DNA from: Gallionella sp.
GTDB lineage: Bacteria > Pseudomonadota > Gammaproteobacteria > Burkholderiales > Gallionellaceae
DNA length: 64,000 nt
Direction of reading: 5' to 3'
NCBI GenBank assembly: GCA_039923775.1
Contig: JBDTCC010000022.1
Span: 5,649-69,648, forward strand
The notes under the pieces are model-generated. The model searched no databases. It saw only the letters and a list, made by a program, of their open reading frames with translations, and was not told the DNA's origin. Positions 47,245-56,315 of this stretch are shown here, in pieces. The position numbers and the translations under genes were made by a program. Each line of letters opens with the position of its first letter. The first letter of the stretch is position 1.

Positions 47245-49896
47245 TTAGGCAACCTTTTTAACAGCGGTCTTCTTGGTGGCCGGCTTCGTCACTTTTCCGG
47301 CTGCAACTTTCTTGGCGGCAGGTTTGGCTGATTTTGTTGCAGTCTTTGTCTTGGTGGCCGCAGTCTTGGCAGCTTTCGTCTTCGGCTTGGCCGTCTTGGC
47401 TTTTGTCGCCTTGGGTGCAGCTTTGGCTTTAGCGGTTCTGGCCGATGGTTTTTTGCTACCTGGTCCCTTGGCTGCTTTGGCCGCGATCAATTCCAGCGCT
47501 TCTTCCAAAGTGATGTCATCAGGTGACACGCCCTTGGGCAGTGTCGCGTTGATCTTTCCGTGGCGGGCGTAAGGGCCGTAGCGACCGCTGCAAATTTCCA
47601 CGCTGGCTTTATCGTCGGGGTGATCGCCCAGTACGCGCAATACAGTGTTGCCATCCCGGGCCTGTGATAATAATTCCACCGCACGTTCCAGGCTGATGTC
47701 AAAGATGCTGTCAGTACGCGGAATGGATTTGAACTTGCCATCGTGACCGATGTAGGGACCAAAGCGCCCGATATTGACGATGACTTTTTTGTTGGTTTCG
47801 GGGTGCAAGCCAATTTCGCGCGGCAGGGACAACAACTTCAACGCACTGGCCAGGTCGGCCTGTTCCAGCGGCATTTCTTTCGGCCATGACACGCGCTTGG
47901 GTTTTACCTTTTCCTCCTTGACGGCTTCGCCCAGCTGGACGTAGTGACCATAAGGTCCGCGTAGCAATAGCACGGCTTGCTGGGTGTCCGGATGCATGCC
48001 CAGTTCCACCCGTGCCGATGCATCGTCCTGCGATTCGCCGCTGAGACTGCGCTTGTATTTGCATTCGGGATAGTTGGTGCAACTGATGAAGCTGCCGTAA
48101 CGGCTGAGCTTTTTGGCGAGCGGTTTTCCGCATTCCGGACAAGCTTCGTCGATCAACTCGACCGGACGTTCGATGTCGGCCTTTTCCTTGATCAGTTTGG
48201 AGAAGCCTTTCCAGAACTCGTCCATCACGCCTATCCAGTCGCGCTTGCCTTCGGAAACTTCATCGAGTTCGTCTTCGAGGTGGGCGGTGAAACCATAATC
48301 CACATAGCGGGTGAAATGGTCGGTCAGGAAGCGCGTCACGACACGGCCGACATCGGTTGGCATGAAGCGCTTCTTGTCCAGAATGGCATATTCGCGGGCT
48401 TGCAGCGTGGAGATGATGGTCGCATAAGTCGAGGGCCTGCCTATGCCGTATTCTTCCAGCGACTTGACCAGACTCGCTTCGGAGTAGCGCGGGGGCGGCT
48501 GGGTAAAGTGTTGTTCGCCATAAAGCTTGTCAATCGGCAACACATCGCCTTCGGCCAGCGGGGGGAGTTTGCCGCTCTCCTCCTCGGTCGCATCGTCCAC
48601 GTCTTCCCTGTATACGCCGATGAATCCGGGAAATACCAGTACCTGGCCGTTGGCGCGGAACAGCGTATTGTCGCCGCCCAGTCGTATGTCCAGGCTGACT
48701 GTGTCGAAGCGTGCCGGCGCCATCTGGCAGGCCAGCGTGCGCTTCCAGATCATCTCGTAGAGGCGCGCCTGATCTGCGGTCAGGTAGCTGCGCATGCTGT
48801 CCGGGGTGCGCTCAATCGAAGTCGGGCGGATCGCCTCGTGGGATTCCTGGGCATTCTTGGTTTTGCTCTTGAAGGTCGGCTGGGTCCCCGGCAGGTATTC
48901 AGGCGAGAAATTGTTGCCGATGTAATCGCGAATCTCCTGCACGGCTTCTTTCGCCAGCGATACCGAGTCGGTACGCATATAGGAGATCAGGCCGACGGTC
49001 TGTCCGCCGATGTCCACGCCTTCATACAGCGATTGCGCGGTGCGCATGGTGCGATCGGCGGTCATACCGAGTTTCCGTACTGCCTCCTGTTGCAGCGTGG
49101 AGGTGGTGAACGGTGCGGCTGCATAACGCTGTTTGGCCTTTTTTTCCACGCGCACCACCTTGGGTGGCAGCTTCGCATCGTTAAGTTTGGCCTGGATTGC
49201 ATCATATTCGGACTGACTGCCGATGCTTAACTGTTCCAGCTTCTTGCCCTGGTACTGGAACAGCTTGGCCGAGAATGGCTGCTGATCCTTGTTGGTATCA
49301 AGATGCACCGTCCAGTATTCCTGGCTCTTGAACGCCTCGATTTCCAGTTCGCGTTCGACGATCATGCGCAGCGCGGGGCTTTGCACGCGTCCCGCTGAAA
49401 GCCCCGGACGGATCTTGCGCCACAGCAACGGCGACAGATTGAAACCGACCAGGTAGTCCAGCGCGCGTCGCGCCTGCTGTGCATTTACCAGTGGTTGCGC
49501 GATCTCGCGGGGGTGAGCGACCGCTTCGCGCACCGCAGACTGGGTGATCTCGTAAAACACCACGCGCTGCATGCTTTTGCCTTTCATGCCGCGTTTGGCT
49601 TTGAGCAATTCCGAAATGTGCCAGGCGATCGCTTCACCCTCGCGATCCGGATCGGGTGCCAGAAAGATGTGATCTGCAGCAACAGCAGCTTTGGCAATTG
49701 CATCCATGTGTTTGCTGTTGCGCGCGATGGTTTCGTATTTCATCGCAAAACCGTTTTCAGTATCGACCGCGCCGGTCTTGGGAATGAGGTCGCGCACATG
49801 TCCGTAAGAGGCAAGTATTTCGAAATCCTTGCCCAGATATTTTTGCAGTGTTTTAGCCTTGGCCGGGGATTCGACGATCAGTAGATTGGTTGCCAT
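47245..49896 (-). CDS. topA: DNA topoisomerase I with Lys/Ala-rich C-terminal tail
   Basis: IVESPAKAKT, DPDREGEAI, SAGRVQS, LISYMRTDS (catalytic Tyr), GIGRPSTYA, one C4 zinc ribbon, GRYGPY/GRFGPY repeats. Confidence 0.98.
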   Translation of the reverse strand: MATNLLIVESPAKAKTLQKYLGKDFEILASYGHVRDLIPKTGAVDTENGFAMKYETIARNSKHMDAIAKAAVAADHIFLAPDPDREGEAIAWHISELLKAKRGMKGKSMQRVVFYEITQSAVREAVAHPREIAQPLVNAQQARRALDYLVGFNLSPLLWRKIRPGLSAGRVQSPALRMIVERELEIEAFKSQEYWTVHLDTNKDQQPFSAKLFQYQGKKLEQLSIGSQSEYDAIQAKLNDAKLPPKVVRVEKKAKQRYAAAPFTTSTLQQEAVRKLGMTADRTMRTAQSLYEGVDIGGQTVGLISYMRTDSVSLAKEAVQEIRDYIGNNFSPEYLPGTQPTFKSKTKNAQESHEAIRPTSIERTPDSMRSYLTADQARLYEMIWKRTLACQMAPARFDTVSLDIRLGGDNTLFRANGQVLVFPGFIGVYREDVDDATEEESGKLPPLAEGDVLPIDKLYGEQHFTQPPPRYSEASLVKSLEEYGIGRPSTYATIISTLQAREYAILDKKRFMPTDVGRVVTRFLTDHFTRYVDYGFTAHLEDELDEVSEGKRDWIGVMDEFWKGFSKLIKEKADIERPVELIDEACPECGKPLAKKLSRYGSFISCTNYPECKYKRSLSGESQDDASARVELGMHPDTQQAVLLLRGPYGHYVQLGEAVKEEKVKPKRVSWPKEMPLEQADLASALKLLSLPREIGLHPETNKKVIVNIGRFGPYIGHDGKFKSIPRTDSIFDISLERAVELLSQARDGNTVLRVLGDHPDDKASVEICSGRYGPYARHGKINATLPKGVSPDDITLEEALELIAAKAAKGPGSKKPSARTAKAKAAPKATKAKTAKPKTKAAKTAATKTKTATKSAKPAAKKVAAGKVTKPATKKTAVKKVA

Positions 49897-49924
49897 GCGA
49901 GTGTGTGTTTTCTGGATCCTGGGA

Positions 49925-50380
49925 TCAATGCAGTTGAGCGGAATGTAATGGTGTAAGCAATTCTTCTATCAAAAGCGGATCAAGATCATGATGGCGATTC
50001 CACAACACCATCAACATGATCAGCTTGAGTTTATCGAGTGCCAGGTTTTCCTGCTTCAGTGCGACGGAACGGTCGATGATCATCTCGCGTTCGACGGCGG
50101 AAATCAGGTGCTGCTGCTCGGAAAACACCAGGAACTGGCGCGCTTCATCGCTGATCAATTGCAATTCCAGTTCGGCGAAATGACGCTGTCCCGCGTGTTC
50201 AAGGCTGTCGGGATAGCTGTCGGGGTTCTGTTCATGCAATGCCGATAACCATGTCAGTGCCTCGCTGATTTCGTCGCCCTCAAAACCGGCTGCGGAGAGC
50301 TTCCGTGACAATTTGTCCGGTTCTGGATAGCTGCCTGCATCAAAATAACTTTCAAACAGGTACATCAGGATTTCAAACAT
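49925..50380 (-). CDS. smg: Smg / DUF494 family protein
   Basis: MFEILMYLFE, LSAAGF, EREMIIDR, LKLIMLMVLW; lies between dprA and topA. Confidence 0.93.
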   Translation of the reverse strand: MFEILMYLFESYFDAGSYPEPDKLSRKLSAAGFEGDEISEALTWLSALHEQNPDSYPDSLEHAGQRHFAELELQLISDEARQFLVFSEQQHLISAVEREMIIDRSVALKQENLALDKLKLIMLMVLWNRHHDLDPLLIEELLTPLHSAQLH

Positions 50381-50395
50381 GGTTTGCGCAGTGAG

Positions 50396-51484
50396 TTAAT
50401 GGATTCTTTGATATAAACCACCGGGTAGGACGCTGATGCGGCCGTCCAGTTCAAGTGTCAACAGCATGGCGGATAGCTCGGCTACCGTCAAGCCGCAGCG
50501 CTCCTTCAGTGTATCCGCATCCACCGGATCGAAGCCGAGATGATCAAGCAGCGAGCAGTCCGGGCCTTGCGGATCTGGCTGTTGAGCGGGTGAAACACGC
50601 TGCCCGCCCAGTTCTTCCAGAATATCCTGGGCGGTCTCAACCAGTTTGGCGCCCTGTTTGAGCAATGCGTGACAGCCTTTGCTTTGTGGCGCATGTATTG
50701 AACCGGGAATCGCAAACACTTCCCGGCCCTGTTCCAGGGCCAGCCGTGCGGTGATCAACGAACCGCTTTGCAAAGAGGCCTCCACCACCAGGCAACCGAG
50801 ACCCATGCCGCTGATCAGACGGTTGCGGCGTGGAAAGTTGGCCGCCAGCGGGGGAGTGCCAAGCGGGAATTCGGAGATCAGCGTGCCGTGTTGCGCAAGG
50901 GCATGAGCGAGATCACGGTTGGAGGCGGGATAGACCTTGTCCAGACCGGTGCCGACCACGGCGATGCTGCTGCCCTGGCCGTTGCCTGAGCCGCGCAATG
51001 CGCCGCGATGGGCGGCCGCATCGATACCGTGCGCCAGGCCGCTGATGATGCACAGTCCGGCATCGCTCAATGATCCGGCAAATGCCTCGGCGTTATTAAT
51101 TCCCTGTGGCGTGGCGTTGCGGCTGCCAACGATGGCCAGCGCGGCATGATTGAGCAAATCCACCCGACCTTTCACATAAAGCAACAGCGGCGGATCGGGG
51201 ATGTTCAGTAGTGCCTGCGGATAGTCGCTATCCGCAAGGGTGACGACATGATTGTTGTTGTCTTCCAGCCAGGCCAGTACAAGGTTGAGCGCGTCGTCGG
51301 CGATTCCCTTTTTGATTTCGGCGGCGACATCAGGTTTGACGAAGGATTTGAGTAAACTCAATGAAGCGGCGAGAACCGCGTCCGGTGAACCGAATTCCTT
51401 TAACAGGCGACGCGCACCCTCACCGCCCAGACCGCGCGTCAGGCTGAGTGCAAGCCAAGCTTTGAGTGAAGGATCAAAATTCAC
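50396..51484 (-). CDS. dprA: DNA-processing protein DprA
   Basis: AIVGSRNAT, ISGLAHGIDAAAH, NFPRRNRLISG, SGSLITA, EVFAIPGSI. Confidence 0.97.
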   Translation of the reverse strand: MNFDPSLKAWLALSLTRGLGGEGARRLLKEFGSPDAVLAASLSLLKSFVKPDVAAEIKKGIADDALNLVLAWLEDNNNHVVTLADSDYPQALLNIPDPPLLLYVKGRVDLLNHAALAIVGSRNATPQGINNAEAFAGSLSDAGLCIISGLAHGIDAAAHRGALRGSGNGQGSSIAVVGTGLDKVYPASNRDLAHALAQHGTLISEFPLGTPPLAANFPRRNRLISGMGLGCLVVEASLQSGSLITARLALEQGREVFAIPGSIHAPQSKGCHALLKQGAKLVETAQDILEELGGQRVSPAQQPDPQGPDCSLLDHLGFDPVDADTLKERCGLTVAELSAMLLTLELDGRISVLPGGLYQRIH

Positions 51485-51631
51485 CTGGAGCCTCTTAAGG
51501 AATATTGAAACTTTGTTTTGTCGCGTCGCAAAAGGGATTAACTCAGAAAATCCTTGTGCAATACGGCATAGTCATCCACTTGGTTGCTGAAAGTCGGAAC
51601 GATAGCCAAATATTGGGGTATGCCCGTGGAG

Positions 51632-52714
51632 CTAGGGATTTTTGGCGCTGTCCAGCAACTGTACCGGGAGGCGGGTCTCCATGACCAGTGCGTAGGACAC
51701 CTTGTCGAATACGCGGAAAACGAACACCAAACCATAACGCTCATCGGGCAGGGTGTAATTTTCACCATCGCTCTTGACCACTTCGCCTTTGTGGTGCAGC
51801 GCAAGGACATGGCCCTTTTTCAGCCCGTCGCGCGCACCTTTGTTCAGTGTGATGACGGTATTTTGCCCGCCCTGGGATACGCCGCCATAGATGGAAATCA
51901 CGGTTGCGGAAATCTTGCTTTCCGGTGCGCGCGGTAAATAATTGCTGGCCTCGTCTTCGGAGTGCAGGATCAGGCGATCGCCCGCATTGATTTCCTCGAC
52001 AGCATGGGTGATTGTGACGGTGCTGACATTGCCAAAGTGTGTGACCTGGGCGTTACCCAGATAGATGGCTTCGATGCCCAGAATTTCATTGGTGACCGGG
52101 TCGACAAAAGTTTTGCCCGGGCGGTAGATCTGCCACTGGTCACCCTTGCCGGCAGGCAGGTTTTTGGCATAGGCGGTATCATCGTTGCCAAGTATCACGC
52201 GCCCTTCGCGGGCACCGATCAGCGTCGGGGCATTTTTCAGCTCATCTTTTCCAACGATCAGCGGCCGAGTCAGGAATGGAGCAATAACACTGGCCGGTAT
52301 GCTCGAAATCGCATCGTGAGAGCTTTGCTCTATACGTACCTTGGGATAAAGTACCACGGTATTGCCCGTTTCGCCCACACTGCTCGCCGCGCCCACGCCG
52401 CTCGCGGCAGTGATTGCACCCGGCTCGCCGAAACTCAGAGTACCGTTTTTGCGATCGAGGTAAATTACGTCGCCGGGATAGATCCAGTGCGGATCCTTGA
52501 TGGTATCCTTGTTCAGCCCCCAGAGATGAGGCCATCTCCAGGGGTCTTTGAAGAATGTGCCGGAAATGTCCCACAGGGTGTCGCCCTTGACCACGATGTG
52601 CCGATCAGGCGCATCGCTGCGAATGTTCAGGCCGATATCGGATGGACTCCCGGATCCGGCAGCAAAGGCCAAAACAGGCAATAAAAAGAAAATCAGCGAT
52701 ATAATCTTGCGCAT
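51632..52714 (-). CDS. LysM peptidoglycan-binding protein
   Basis: Signal peptide, HIVVKGDTLWDISGTFFKDPWRWPHLW, PHWIYPGD; divergent from def. Confidence 0.93.
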   Translation of the reverse strand: MRKIISLIFFLLPVLAFAAGSGSPSDIGLNIRSDAPDRHIVVKGDTLWDISGTFFKDPWRWPHLWGLNKDTIKDPHWIYPGDVIYLDRKNGTLSFGEPGAITAASGVGAASSVGETGNTVVLYPKVRIEQSSHDAISSIPASVIAPFLTRPLIVGKDELKNAPTLIGAREGRVILGNDDTAYAKNLPAGKGDQWQIYRPGKTFVDPVTNEILGIEAIYLGNAQVTHFGNVSTVTITHAVEEINAGDRLILHSEDEASNYLPRAPESKISATVISIYGGVSQGGQNTVITLNKGARDGLKKGHVLALHHKGEVVKSDGENYTLPDERYGLVFVFRVFDKVSYALVMETRLPVQLLDSAKNP

Positions 52715-52816
52715 GGGAACTCCGGCAGAGTCGATAATAAACGGCGCGCAAAGTTACTGCGCTTCGTTAAATTCTGCCTCTAGTCTACTAAATTAGCAAG
52801 CATTTATAGGTCACGT

Positions 52817-53320
52817 ATGGCAATTCTGAAAATTTTGCAGTATCCAGATGAGCGTCTGCATAAAGTCGCGAAGAAAGTTGCTCGGATCAACGAAGACACC
52901 CGCAAGCTGGTGCGCAATATGGCACAGACCATGTATGCAGCGCCCGGAGTCGGCCTTGCGGCGACGCAGGTGGACGTGCATGAGCGTGTCATCGTGGTCG
53001 ATATTTCCGAGACGCACGATCAATTAAGGGTGTTCATTAATCCCGAAATCATCGCCAGCAGCGGCACCAGCGATTGCGAGGAAGGCTGTCTGTCGGTGCC
53101 GGGCATTTATGAAACGGTGAGCCGCGCGGAAACAATCACCGTGCGCGCCTTTGATGAAAAGGGTGAAACCTTTACGCTGGATGCCGGGGGATTATTGTCA
53201 GTCTGTATCCAGCATGAAATGGATCACTTGCTTGGCAAGGTGTTTGTCGAATATTTATCCCAGCTCAAGCAGACCCGGATTCGCGCCAAACTTAAGAAGC
53301 GTCTGCGCGAAACCATGTAA
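52817..53320 (+). CDS. def: Peptide deformylase
   Basis: [20 protein letters not shown]. Confidence 0.98.
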   Translation: MAILKILQYPDERLHKVAKKVARINEDTRKLVRNMAQTMYAAPGVGLAATQVDVHERVIVVDISETHDQLRVFINPEIIASSGTSDCEEGCLSVPGIYETVSRAETITVRAFDEKGETFTLDAGGLLSVCIQHEMDHLLGKVFVEYLSQLKQTRIRAKLKKRLRETM

Positions 53321-53442
53321 TTCCAATTCCATTTCATCGGTGAAACTGCGTTGGCTTCCTCGCTCACTCCTTGCCGTGCTATAGCACTGTCTTCGTCATT
53401 CGCTCGTCGCCGCCTTGCTTCACCTTCGAAATGAAATTGGAA
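53321..53442. repeat. ERIC-like palindromic non-autonomous element (~122 bp)
   Basis: Terminal inverted repeats TTCCAATTCCATTTC / GAAATGAAATTGGAA (14 of 15), inner GGTGAA/TTCAC, and ERIC-type subterminal motifs TGCGTTGGCT..TCGCTCA and ATTCGCTCGT.GCCGCCTT around a central GTGCTATAGCAC palindrome. Confidence 0.75.
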
Positions 53443-53451
53443 AAATAACTA

Positions 53452-54381
53452 ATGAAAATTATCTTTGCCGGCACACCACAGTTCGCGGCCAGCGCGCTGG
53501 CCGCGCTGCACAAGGAGCACCACATCGTTGCAGTGCTGACCCAGCCGGACCGTCCCGCGGGAAGAGGCATGCAACTGACGGCCAGTCCGGTGAAGCGGTA
53601 TGCGCTGCAGCACGGGTTGACGGTATTGCAACCCGCCACCTTGAAGACCGGGGAGATACAACAACTGATCGCCGGCCTGGATGCCGATGTGATGGTGGTA
53701 GCCGCTTACGGCTTGATCCTGCCGAAAGCCGTGCTGCAGTTGCCGCGCCATGGTTGCCTGAACATCCATGCATCACTGTTGCCGCGCTGGCGCGGAGCTG
53801 CACCGATACAGCGTGCAATCCTGGCGGGTGACAAAGAAACCGGCATTACCATCATGCAGATGGACGAAGGGCTGGATACCGGCGATATGCTGTTGCGCAA
53901 AACCTGTCCCATCGGGCAAAGCGACACAGCCGAAACCCTGCATGACAAACTGGCCGGACTGGGCGCGGACTGCATACTTGAAGCGTTGCGTCTGCTCAAG
54001 GACAACCAGTTGACGCCGGTCAAACAGGACAATGAGGCCGCGTGTTATGCGGCCAAGTTGCTCAAGGGGGAAGCACAGATCGACTGGGAGCAGGGTGCCC
54101 GCCAGATCGAACGGGCGGTGCGCGCATACAATCCGTTTCCGGTATGCCAAACCATGCTGGATGGCGTAACGATAAAAATCTGGCAGGCCGGTATATTTGC
54201 CGACACGTCCGGTGAACCCGGGAAAGTATTGGCGGCAGACAAGCTTGGCATCACCGTCGCCTGTGGCAAGGGCGCGCTGCGGCTGGAAATACTGCAGCGT
54301 CCCGGGGGCAAGGCGCAACCCGCCGCGCAATTTTTGCAGGCAATGCCGATCGGAATCGGCGATCAATTTTCAAGAAAATAA
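53452..54381 (+). CDS. fmt: Methionyl-tRNA formyltransferase
   Basis: IIFAGTPQFA, TQPDRPAGRG, NIHASLLPRWRGAAPIQRA, LDTGDM. Confidence 0.98.
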   Translation: MKIIFAGTPQFAASALAALHKEHHIVAVLTQPDRPAGRGMQLTASPVKRYALQHGLTVLQPATLKTGEIQQLIAGLDADVMVVAAYGLILPKAVLQLPRHGCLNIHASLLPRWRGAAPIQRAILAGDKETGITIMQMDEGLDTGDMLLRKTCPIGQSDTAETLHDKLAGLGADCILEALRLLKDNQLTPVKQDNEAACYAAKLLKGEAQIDWEQGARQIERAVRAYNPFPVCQTMLDGVTIKIWQAGIFADTSGEPGKVLAADKLGITVACGKGALRLEILQRPGGKAQPAAQFLQAMPIGIGDQFSRK

Positions 54382-55656
54382 ATGCACAACATACAAATCG
54401 CCGCCGGGCAAATCGTTCAGCAGGTACTGGCGGACGGTCGTAACCTCAACCAGCTGCTGGAGGAGTCGCTACGCAAAAAATCGGTATGGACCCCGGCACA
54501 GCGTGCCGCCTTGCAGGATCTGAGCTATGGCACGCTGCGCTTTTATGGCCAGTTGCGCGCAATATTGGCCCTGTTGTTGCACAAGCCGATGTTGGATCAG
54601 CGTATCTACTACGTGCTGCTGGTGGCGCTGTACCAACTGCAATACAGCAAGGCCGCGCATCATGCCGTGGTCGATCATGCGGTGCGTTCCGCGCAAATGT
54701 TGAACGTGAAAGTGAGCGGTCTGGTAAACGCGATTTTGCGCAATTTCCTGCGCAGCCGGGATACTTTGCTGGTTCAGGCAGCCCAAAATCCGGAGGGTAA
54801 ATACAGCTATCCGCAATGGTGGATCGATGAACTAAATGAGCAGTATGGCGAACGTGCAGCGGCGATACTTGAAGCGGGCAACCGGCATCCGCCGATGACT
54901 TTGCGCGTCAATCAGCGCCGCAACACAACTGCGGACTACCTGATGCAACTGACACAGCAGAATTTATCCTCACGCTTGATTGCGCCGGATGCGCTGCAAC
55001 TGGACAAGCCGGTACCGGTGGACAGGCTCCCGGGATTTTTTGAAGGGATGGTTTCGGTACAGGATGCAGGTGCGCAATATGCCGCAAATTTGCTGGATGT
55101 CCGGGGCGGGATGCGGGTGCTGGACGCCTGTGCCGCGCCCGGAGGCAAGACAGCGCACATCCTGGAACAGGCAGCGGTGGAAATGGTGGCGGTGGATAAG
55201 GATGCAAACCGGTTGCAGCGGGTCGCGGATAATCTGCAGCGGCTGCAACTGAACGCACAACTGGTGGTAGGGGATGCCGCAGAGCCGGATGCGTGGTGGG
55301 ACGGCAAACCCTTCCAGCGCATACTTGCCGATGTGCCGTGCTCGGCTTCCGGTGTGGTGCGCCGTCACCCCGATATCAAATGGCTGCGGCGCAGAACGGA
55401 TATTGCCGGTTTTGCCGCACAGCAACTTGATATCCTGAGTGCATTGTGGCGGCTGCTGGCTCAAGATGGTAAATTGCTCTACGCCACCTGCTCGGTGTTT
55501 AGCCAGGAGAACGAACAGGTTGTCGTCGCGTTTCTGGCGCGCCATCCGGATGCACGGCGTTTAGCGGTTGCCTTGCCAGACAATTTGGGGGGCCGGTTGT
55601 TGCCCGATGATCAGCATGACGGATTTTTTTATGCACTGTTGCAAAAAATCGCTTAG
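54382..55656 (+). CDS. rsmB: 16S rRNA m5C967 methyltransferase
   Basis: NusB-like N-terminus, SVQDAGAQ, DACAAPGGKT, DVPCSASG, YATCS, HDGFFYA. Confidence 0.97.
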   Translation: MHNIQIAAGQIVQQVLADGRNLNQLLEESLRKKSVWTPAQRAALQDLSYGTLRFYGQLRAILALLLHKPMLDQRIYYVLLVALYQLQYSKAAHHAVVDHAVRSAQMLNVKVSGLVNAILRNFLRSRDTLLVQAAQNPEGKYSYPQWWIDELNEQYGERAAAILEAGNRHPPMTLRVNQRRNTTADYLMQLTQQNLSSRLIAPDALQLDKPVPVDRLPGFFEGMVSVQDAGAQYAANLLDVRGGMRVLDACAAPGGKTAHILEQAAVEMVAVDKDANRLQRVADNLQRLQLNAQLVVGDAAEPDAWWDGKPFQRILADVPCSASGVVRRHPDIKWLRRRTDIAGFAAQQLDILSALWRLLAQDGKLLYATCSVFSQENEQVVVAFLARHPDARRLAVALPDNLGGRLLPDDQHDGFFYALLQKIA

Positions 55657-56308
55657 GGCATTGCTATGTGGCGTGCTGCTTGCCGGCATGTTCACGGCAA
55701 CGGCACAAGCCGAGGGTATTACCATCAGCAAGGCAGAAATCCGCCTGGGGGAAGACGGCTACCAGTTTTCCGCCAACTATTACATCAACCTGAATTTTGT
55801 CGTCAAACAGGCATTGTCGCGCGGCATCCCGATTTATTTTGTGGGTGAGTTCTCGCTGACACATGCCCGCTGGGGCTGGCTGGATTCCGCGCAAAAGTCC
55901 ATGGTGCGCCATCTTCCTCACTTTATCGTGGGCGATACGCCGTTGACGCGCTGGTCGTGGCTGGACAAGGAAGTATTCAAAAGCGAACAGACCATCAAGA
56001 TCTCTTACAGCGTACTGACCGGCCGATACCGCATTTCGCGCGGCGCACTATTCCAGAATTTTGCCAGCCTTGAAGATGCGTTAAATATAGTGGCCAGGCA
56101 GAGCTCCACCGTTATTCCCGCCAAATTGCTTGATAAGGACGGCAACTATCTCGCGACAGCGCGCCTGAGCCTGGATATTGAGGAACTGCCCAAACCGTTG
56201 CAGGTGAATGCGCTGACCGACAGTGACTGGAAACTTGATTCAGGCTGGTATCGCTGGACTACCACTGCGGCAGAAATCGCCGCTGACGACGGCAGCAAAG
56301 CGGATTGA
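55616..56308 (+). CDS. DUF4390 periplasmic protein
   Basis: MTDFFMHCCKK start overlapping the rsmB end, signal peptide, ALSRGIPIYF, LPKPLQVNAL; conserved position between rsmB and the sensor kinase. Confidence 0.88.
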   Translation: MTDFFMHCCKKSLRALLCGVLLAGMFTATAQAEGITISKAEIRLGEDGYQFSANYYINLNFVVKQALSRGIPIYFVGEFSLTHARWGWLDSAQKSMVRHLPHFIVGDTPLTRWSWLDKEVFKSEQTIKISYSVLTGRYRISRGALFQNFASLEDALNIVARQSSTVIPAKLLDKDGNYLATARLSLDIEELPKPLQVNALTDSDWKLDSGWYRWTTTAAEIAADDGSKAD

Positions 56309-56315
56309 CGGCGCG

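Noticed and set aside
47977-49230. 417-aa plus-strand ORF
   Set aside because: Antisense to topA; a typical shadow ORF of GC-rich coding DNA.
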